From IMG/VR virus record IMGVR_UViG_3300042934_000171, positions 1-41,221 of that record: DNA of 41,221 nt. The stretch is one strand, 5' to 3'. Shown here piece after piece: positions 34,553 to 39,410 of this stretch. Origin of the DNA: a virus. The first letter of the stretch is position 1. Each line of letters starts with the position of its first letter. The position numbers and the translations under genes were made by a program. Below the pieces are notes generated by a model. The model was not told where the DNA came from and ran no database searches. It saw only the letters and a list, made by a program, of their open reading frames with translations.

Positions 34553-34573
34553 ATAAGCACTTCATAAGCACTT
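34553..34573 (+). repeat. ATAAGCACTT-C-ATAAGCACTT (candidate integrase arm-type sites, right)
   Basis: Two exact 10-mers separated by 1 nt. The pair overlaps the int stop codon. Confidence 0.6.
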
Positions 34574-35732
34574 AAGACTTCTCCTTAATCACCAATTTAT
34601 CTCCTATAAAGGAAGCAGCATCTCGGTCCCTCTTAGGGATCTTATGTGCATACGTTGTGATTACAGTCTTAGGGTCATCCCCAATTCGATCCGCAACCAT
34701 CGCCACATCAAACCCATTAGCTAACAGATGAGATACATGAGTATGCCTAAGGTTATGAGGACTCATCTTCGTAGTGATGCCTGCCTTCTCTAGCATCTCC
34801 TTAAAGCATTTACCGAGGGTTGAGAAGTGCATAGGCTTGTTGTCTTTAGTACCAAACACAAGGTTATCCTCAGGATCTCCAGGCTTCTGAAGGTCTTTCT
34901 TAATGATCGCTAGGACCTCAGGCTCCACAGCGAAAGACCTACAGGAGTTATCGGTCTTCGGAGTGTCGAACAGATGTTTTCCTCGGATCTCCACAACATT
35001 CTCTTTGACATTTATCACATTAGCTGCGAAATCAATATTGTTCCACTTGAGACCCAATAGTTCACCTCTTCGCATCCCTGTAGCGAGTGCAAGGAGGACC
35101 AAGTGGTATATCTGCTTGTATTGTCTTGGGTCTTTCTTTTGATTCCTCTCTTGGAAAGCCTGGAGGAGTCTTGTCATCTCTTCCTCAGATAATATAGACT
35201 TCTCGGTCTTCCTTCGGGTGATCGTTATGGCATTCGAGGTGGGATTACTTCCAATGATGCCCTCCGATATCGCAGCCTCTAAGACACTATGTATGATTGA
35301 CTTGTGTTGAATTAAGGTATTGGAAGCTACTTCCGCTTTAGTTTTTTCCATGATATAATCATTGATAATACCTGTGGTAATCTTCTGAATTCTATAGTCC
35401 TTGAAAAAGGGTAGAATGTGTCGAGTAAGAGCATCCTCATAAGTTACATATGACCTCAGTTTGATTGCAGACCCTTTCTTGATCTCTAGCCATCTTTTGG
35501 CATAAGTCTCGAAGGTGATTGCATTGGGACCTGTTAAGGTTCCCTTGAGCTTATCTGCCTTGAATTGATTGAGAGCTAGGACAACCTCTGTCTTTGACCC
35601 TGTGATTGACTTTCGGACTTGCTTACCATTCTGATAACCGATTGTGATTTGAGCCTTGTACTTTCCATTGGGTAACTTCTGGATAGACCCATCGCCTTTA
35701 GGTCTTCTTGTGGCCTTCTTAGGGTCTGCCAT
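34572..35732 (-). CDS. int: Tyrosine recombinase / phage integrase
   Basis: C-terminal catalytic HNLRHTH...TYAH. N-terminal arm-binding type GDGSIQKLPNGKYKAQITIG. Start trimmed to ATG 35732, which follows AAGGAG by 9 nt. The upstream 47 codons of the tracked ORF have no support. Confidence 0.92.
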   Translation of the reverse strand: MADPKKATRRPKGDGSIQKLPNGKYKAQITIGYQNGKQVRKSITGSKTEVVLALNQFKADKLKGTLTGPNAITFETYAKRWLEIKKGSAIKLRSYVTYEDALTRHILPFFKDYRIQKITTGIINDYIMEKTKAEVASNTLIQHKSIIHSVLEAAISEGIIGSNPTSNAITITRRKTEKSILSEEEMTRLLQAFQERNQKKDPRQYKQIYHLVLLALATGMRRGELLGLKWNNIDFAANVINVKENVVEIRGKHLFDTPKTDNSCRSFAVEPEVLAIIKKDLQKPGDPEDNLVFGTKDNKPMHFSTLGKCFKEMLEKAGITTKMSPHNLRHTHVSHLLANGFDVAMVADRIGDDPKTVITTYAHKIPKRDRDAASFIGDKLVIKEKS

Positions 35733-35880
35733 GTAATCACGCTCCTTGTGAATCCTTTTGATACAAACCATAACACAGTGCTTAAGAAATAGCAAGGAGG
35801 TCCCAAGGGAAATTTTGGGCCAAAAATTCGTGACCATCCCTTCACTGCGTTCGCCCCGCGCGATTCCCCCCATAGGCCAC

Positions 35881-35902
35881 TGTCAAGCAGTTTCCCTTGA
35901 CA
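35881..35902. promoter_or_regulatory. 22-bp palindrome-ended element, copy 1 (TGTCAAGCAGTTTCCCTTGACA)
   Basis: 20/22 identical to the copy at 36063-36084. The ends GTCAAG/CTTGAC are inverted repeats. Confidence 0.5.
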
Positions 35903-36062
35903 TCCTTAAAAGTCTCTCCAGGATGTACATTTTGATACCTAAGGACACTCCGAACCCTGCAGGCCAGTAACTACGGCAATCTCAAGAATACATAAACAAC
36001 ATTATCGGACGTAGAGTGCACCTGAGGTGGCTTGAGGGTAGCCTTGGGTATTACATTCAGGG

Positions 36063-36084
36063 TGTCAAGTAGTTTCCATTGACA
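36063..36084. promoter_or_regulatory. 22-bp palindrome-ended element, copy 2 (TGTCAAGTAGTTTCCATTGACA)
   Basis: See copy 1. The two copies are spaced 182 bp start to start, in the int / moron intergenic region. Confidence 0.5.
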
Positions 36085-36223
36085 GAACAATCGTTCGCAT
36101 GTCTTAAGTATATCTGTGTTTATTTAGGACCAGGTACTAAGAGTAGGTACTAAGGATTCCTCAAGGTTTACCTCAAGTCTCTACTCAAGTTGATCCACTG
36201 AATATACAAAGAGGGAGGAATAC

Positions 36224-36445
36224 ATGGTGTTACCTAGGAGCGTCCTTTGGGTCTACCTTGGAATACTCGCTGTATCGTGCCTCTATCTGCCTTACAAGGT
36301 CTCCTTAGGGCATTCTGTGTACCTCATCACCTCAGTCAACTATAGATACCCTCTAGATTATTCTTTAGCATTCCTCCAGATAATCACAGTGACTACCATC
36401 TATGCACTCATTATTTATCTATGGATCAACTCAAGGAAGGACTGA
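36224..36445 (+). CDS. Two-TM small membrane protein (moron / possible superinfection-exclusion candidate)
   Basis: ATG follows an AGGGAGG SD. Hydrophobic segments VLWVYLGILAVSCLYL and ITVTTIYALIIYLWI. Confidence 0.6.
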   Translation: MVLPRSVLWVYLGILAVSCLYLPYKVSLGHSVYLITSVNYRYPLDYSLAFLQIITVTTIYALIIYLWINSRKD

Positions 36446-36564
36446 GAAGATGAAGGGAGCAGGGCAGCTATATGGAGACAATAGTTATCAGTATAGTCGG
36501 TACGGTATTAGTAGGAATGTTCTGGAGTTTGGTAACGAGTAGGTAAATAACTAAGAACACAAAT

Positions 36565-36620
36565 AAGGCCCTCCTTAAGGAGTCCACACGGATTCCCTAA
36601 GGAGGGCCTTATTTTTTTTT
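36565..36620. terminator. Strong bidirectional-type terminator between the moron genes (+) and the repressor (-)
   Basis: AAGGCCCTCCTTAAGG pairs with CCCTAAGGAGGGCCTT (at least 13 bp), followed by T9 on + and preceded by an A/T-rich run that serves the - strand. Confidence 0.85.
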
Positions 36621-36639
36621 GTCTCAAAGCAGTTGTTGA

Positions 36640-36843
36640 CTATTTGGTCTTATGCATCCATTCGATCTTATAGCCTAGAACCTCTGCGATCTCTAAGGCT
36701 TCTCTATAGCGGAGCGTGTCATTCTGTAGTTTCTTATGAAGGTTTTGCGGTGATTGTCCCAAGAGTTCCGCTAATTCTGTGACGTTCTTATTCTCCTGAG
36801 CTAATATCACGTTAATTGTTGTCTTGGTATTCAATGGGTTCAC
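36640..36843 (-). CDS. XRE/CI-type HTH repressor
   Basis: NVTELAELLGQSPQNLHKKLQ is a classic HTH_3 pattern. The gene is divergent from a strong + strand promoter. The start is GTG 36843 or, more plausibly, TTG 36834, which follows AAAGGA by 10 nt. Confidence 0.8.
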   Translation of the reverse strand: MNPLNTKTTINVILAQENKNVTELAELLGQSPQNLHKKLQNDTLRYREALEIAEVLGYKIEWMHKTK

Positions 36844-36876
36844 ATCCTTTCACATTATAAAAATAGAATAGCAAAG

Positions 36877-36893
36877 TTGATCTAATAAATCAA
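36877..36893. promoter_or_regulatory. Operator-like palindrome TTGATCTAATAAATCAA
   Basis: TTGAT/ATCAA inverted half-sites. It overlaps the -35 (TTGATT on the - strand) of a candidate repressor promoter (TTGATT-N17-TATTCT, 36893-36865). Confidence 0.5.
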
Positions 36894-36930
36894 TTGGTTT
36901 ATAAAATAAACTAATTTGTTGATTTAATGC

Positions 36931-36959
36931 TTGACACCTGGGCTAACCTGTGCTAGTAT
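36931..36959 (+). promoter_or_regulatory. Near-consensus sigma70-type early promoter (TTGACA-N17-TAGTAT)
   Basis: TTGACA at 36931-36 and TAGTAT at 36954-59, with exactly 17-nt spacing. It points into the early operon. Confidence 0.75.
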
Positions 36960-36968
36960 CAACTCAAA

Positions 36969-36985
36969 GGTTGAAATAATCAACC
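36969..36985. promoter_or_regulatory. Operator-like perfect palindrome GGTTGAAATAATCAACC just downstream of the -10
   Basis: 6-bp perfect arms. It lies at about +3 to +20 of the early promoter. More TTGAT/ATCAA half-sites occur at about 36918 and 36958. Confidence 0.55.
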
Positions 36986-37012
36986 AAATGGTTTAAGGAG
37001 GTCTACTAAAAT

Positions 37013-37159
37013 ATGAAAAAGCCGGAACTGGATGTCTACACTTTGTCAGCGAAACTCGCCTCAGCCTTAGATAACAGGGATTGGGCAGAGGTAGAGGAGT
37101 GCTTTCGCTCCCTGCTCGACCATAAGAAAGCCCTTAACACTTACAACAGTAAGAAATAA
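37013..37159 (+). CDS. early small protein (48 aa)
   Basis: ATG follows an AAGGAGGT SD by 11 nt. First cistron of the early operon. Confidence 0.5.
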   Translation: MKKPELDVYTLSAKLASALDNRDWAEVEECFRSLLDHKKALNTYNSKK

Positions 37160-37163
37160 CCAC

Positions 37164-37239
37164 GTCGAAACCTAAGGGTCTCCCTAAGAGGCCCTGACGG
37201 TCTCCTGGAGATAGCCTACCAGGACTGATGAGATAGGCT
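37164..37239 (+). ncRNA. Type II hammerhead self-cleaving ribozyme candidate, HHR-1 (predicted cleavage 37202|37203)
   Basis: In order: GUC, GAA, stem III (ACC...GGU enclosing GGGUCUC/GAGGCCC), C17, stem I (UCCUGG/CCAGGA), CUGAUGA, GAU. The tail AGGCU is complementary to AGCCU in loop I. Confidence 0.8.
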
Positions 37240-37256
37240 TAAGGAGGTTAGAGGTA

Positions 37257-37433
37257 ATGCATAAGAAACACAAAGGCTGGCTAATAGTCTCTAAGATCGA
37301 CAAGGAAACAGGGATGGAGTTCTTCTACTGTTACACACCGGATGAACTAGAGTACCCTGCGGCCCTTAGGAGCTACGAATGGGAGGCTTGCAGCCTTCAG
37401 GAAGCCCTAGACTTTATCAATAGTTGTAGATAA
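37257..37433 (+). CDS. early small protein (58 aa)
   Basis: ATG lies 8 nt after an AAGGAGGT SD that abuts the 3' end of the ribozyme. Confidence 0.6.
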   Translation: MHKKHKGWLIVSKIDKETGMEFFYCYTPDELEYPAALRSYEWEACSLQEALDFINSCR

Positions 37434-37450
37434 AAGGAGGTAGTGAACAA

Positions 37451-37936
37451 ATGAAACTATCTAAAGTCATCAACAGAGGAACTGAAATTCTATTAGTCAA
37501 GGCGTACCTATCGGACCTCAAAGGAAACTCTCAGCCGTACTTCAGCATCACCGGGGAAATTTGGGCGTATAGTCAGTCCTTAGGAAGAAAGAAAGGCAGC
37601 GACTGTATTACAGGTGGATGTATCCATGAGGAGATACTCAAGGCATTCCCTAAGCTCTCAGACCTAGTAGCTCTTCACCTCTCAGGAATGGACGGACAAC
37701 CTATGCACGCCTTGGAAAATGGATGGTATTGGTATGGAGGGACCAAGTGGCAGGAGTATCACAGGAAGAACCTTGCAGCACACCTGAGAATCACTGAGGA
37801 TCAAGCGGATGCTCTACACACTCTCCAGTTAGATAAAGTGGCGTTCGCTAAATACATAGATGAGCAGAAACCTCGATGGTCCCTAGAAGCTGCTCAGGTC
37901 ATTGACAAGTATCACCTTGAGATTATCAAAAGGTAG
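37451..37936 (+). CDS. early hypothetical protein (161 aa)
   Basis: ATG follows an AAAAGGAGGT SD. No motif that I can name. Confidence 0.7.
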   Translation: MKLSKVINRGTEILLVKAYLSDLKGNSQPYFSITGEIWAYSQSLGRKKGSDCITGGCIHEEILKAFPKLSDLVALHLSGMDGQPMHALENGWYWYGGTKWQEYHRKNLAAHLRITEDQADALHTLQLDKVAFAKYIDEQKPRWSLEAAQVIDKYHLEIIKR

Positions 37937-38021
37937 TGTCTAGCAGGGAGGTCCTGAGGGATTCCTTCAGGGCTTCAATGGTGGACATTAAAGAATAAAC
38001 CACATAAGGAGGACAAGAGCA

Positions 38022-38408
38022 ATGAAACACCGTCAGTATACCTTCACACTGAAGACTAAAGGAAGCCGTCAAGACCGTGAAATGACCGCACAGGTAGCCT
38101 TTTCCCCAGAGACGAACATGAGGACCCTGCTACAATTCACGGAGAAGCTGCAAGAGGTTTGGAAGGAAGCCATGAAAGCAACCAAGCGCGGCGATTATAT
38201 GGAGCTTACGATCTCCCGCACTGTAAACTCCTGGGACCCGCAAGAGGTTGCAAGAACTTGGAAACAGGAGGCCTTTGACTACTGGACCTTTGAGGGATAC
38301 AACGAGGACCTAGAAGGAATCTATCTGGCTCCAGACACGAAGTATACCGCAGCCGAATGCGACCTTTATCTGACTAAAAACATTTTAGAAAGTTTGGAGG
38401 GAATCTAG
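38022..38408 (+). CDS. early hypothetical protein (128 aa)
   Basis: ATG follows a TAAGGAGGA SD. The C-terminal half is acidic and aromatic. Confidence 0.7.
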   Translation: MKHRQYTFTLKTKGSRQDREMTAQVAFSPETNMRTLLQFTEKLQEVWKEAMKATKRGDYMELTISRTVNSWDPQEVARTWKQEAFDYWTFEGYNEDLEGIYLAPDTKYTAAECDLYLTKNILESLEGI

Positions 38409-38409
38409 A

Positions 38410-38481
38410 ATGACCCTCAAGGAACGCCTTTGCATCCTCTTAGTACTCACAGCCAGCCAGAAGCCCTCAGGTAATCACTAG
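38410..38481 (+). CDS. 23-codon mini-ORF MTLKERLCILLVLTASQKPSGNH (paralogue of 39228-39293)
   Basis: GGAGGGAA SD 8 nt upstream. The first roughly 45 nt are nearly identical to the second copy. Confidence 0.45.
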   Translation: MTLKERLCILLVLTASQKPSGNH

Positions 38482-38590
38482 GCCCACCTCAACACGCCAG
38501 AAGGCTGACTAAGGCTAGGTCAACCATTAGGAGCCCTCGGTCAGCCTTTGCGACAATCGAACGGATGTTCTATATTAAGGAGGAATTGAA

Positions 38591-38866
38591 ATGTTAATTA
38601 AAGGTAGTGAAATGAATTTTAAGACTCAACAAGAGGCCCTAAATAGATTTGTCCATAGATATACAAAGGATCATAAACCTGCTTGGGCAAGTCAACCAAT
38701 GCCGAATGGGGCTTCATACCCAGTTCAACATAACAGCGATAAGGAATGGTTGGAGCATACTTACTTCCACGTTACCGAAACAGGTGAACTATCGCGAAGA
38801 CATTCCTTTTGTGAATCCTTTTCAACTTGGCCTGATAATCCCGAATTAAGGAGACAGAAACATTAA
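38591..38866 (+). CDS. early hypothetical protein (91 aa)
   Basis: ATG follows a TAAGGAGGAA SD. Confidence 0.65.
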   Translation: MLIKGSEMNFKTQQEALNRFVHRYTKDHKPAWASQPMPNGASYPVQHNSDKEWLEHTYFHVTETGELSRRHSFCESFSTWPDNPELRRQKH

Positions 38867-38879
38867 TCTATATGAACAA

Positions 38880-38956
38880 GTCGAAACCTTCTGGACCTCT
38901 TTTGAGGCCCTGGAGGTATTCCGAGGGATAGCCTCCCGGAACTGATGAGACAGGCT
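38880..38956 (+). ncRNA. Type II hammerhead self-cleaving ribozyme candidate, HHR-2 (predicted cleavage 38918|38919)
   Basis: In order: GUC, GAA, stem III (ACCUUC/GGAGGU enclosing GGACCUC/GAGGCCC), A17, stem I (UUCCG/CGGAA), CUGAUGA, GAC. The tail AGGCU is complementary to AGCCU in loop I. Confidence 0.8.
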
Positions 38957-38973
38957 GAAGGAGGTCAAGAGGG

Positions 38974-39120
38974 ATGACTAGATATCAAATCATAGAGCAC
39001 ACCACAGGCCGCATTATGGGAGTCTACAGGGACCATAAGAGGGCCAGAAGGGCTGCTGATGCGTTGGACCTTAAGTACGGCAAAATCAATTATTACATTA
39101 AACCTATTGCAAGCGCCTAG
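38974..39120 (+). CDS. early small basic protein (48 aa)
   Basis: ATG lies 8 nt after a GAAGGAGGT SD that abuts the 3' end of HHR-2. Confidence 0.55.
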   Translation: MTRYQIIEHTTGRIMGVYRDHKRARRAADALDLKYGKINYYIKPIASA

Positions 39121-39227
39121 AGGAGGACCTAAGGTTTATCTTTCTATGACTATTGTAGTAATTCAGACAAAGGCCACAAGTCTATCAGGCAACAACCGAG
39201 AAGGTGGACATAAGGAGGTGATTAATT

Positions 39228-39293
39228 ATGACCCTCAAGGAAAACCTTTGCATTCTCTTGGCTCTCATCTGTACCACTCAAGGCAAAACTTAA
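39228..39293 (+). CDS. 21-codon mini-ORF MTLKENLCILLALICTTQGKT (leader-peptide-like)
   Basis: AAGGAGGTG SD 7 nt upstream. The stop TAA overlaps the first base of promoter motif P4. Confidence 0.45.
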   Translation: MTLKENLCILLALICTTQGKT

Positions 39294-39311
39294 TTGTGAC
39301 ACAATAGGAGG
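39293..39311 (+). promoter_or_regulatory. Candidate phage-RNAP promoter P4 (ATTGTGACACAATAGGAGG), 100 nt upstream of the RNAP gene
   Basis: The 19-mer is identical to P1 at 1244. Confidence 0.65.
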
Positions 39312-39344
39312 GACAGGTCGGTTCTATAGGCCTGTCTTTCTTTT
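39309..39344 (+). terminator. Hairpin plus T-tract between P4 and the RNAP gene (attenuator / 5' leader stem-loop)
   Basis: GACAGGTC (39312-19) pairs with GGCCTGTC (39329-36), followed by TTTCTTTT. The architecture matches the hairpin after P1, but the stem sequence differs. Confidence 0.55.
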
Positions 39345-39410
39345 ACCCTTTTCTTGTCATATTTTGTCAGTTTTTGTAATTAAATAAATAGAATAAGGGA
39401 GAGGATTTAC

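Noticed and set aside
35733-35873. 47-codon N-terminal extension of the integrase ORF, and a GC-rich island (GCGTTCGCCCCGCGCGATTCCCCCC, about 35847-35871) that looked faintly like a tRNA T-arm and acceptor end (a possible tRNA-derived attP core)
   Set aside because: The extension has no SD and implausible sequence, while ATG 35732 has AAGGAG at the correct spacing. The T-loop-like TTCGCCC lacks the conserved A58, the stem pairs poorly, and no acceptor/CCA context fits. It is not a supportable tRNA fragment.
36450-36546. Two overlapping tiny ORFs after the 73-aa membrane protein (30 aa from ATG 36450; 24-aa hydrophobic METIVISIVGTVLVGMFWSLVTSR from ATG 36472)
   Set aside because: They are mutually exclusive frames with marginal SD spacing, and I could not decide between them. 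Neither is annotated, although the hydrophobic one may deserve a look.
39059-39307. 82-aa + strand ORF spanning the gap before the RNAP promoter
   Set aside because: It overlaps the better-supported 38974-39120 cistron and the SD-preceded mini-ORF at 39228 in other frames. Its own ATGs (39059, 39147) lack a properly spaced SD. It also runs through promoter motif P4.
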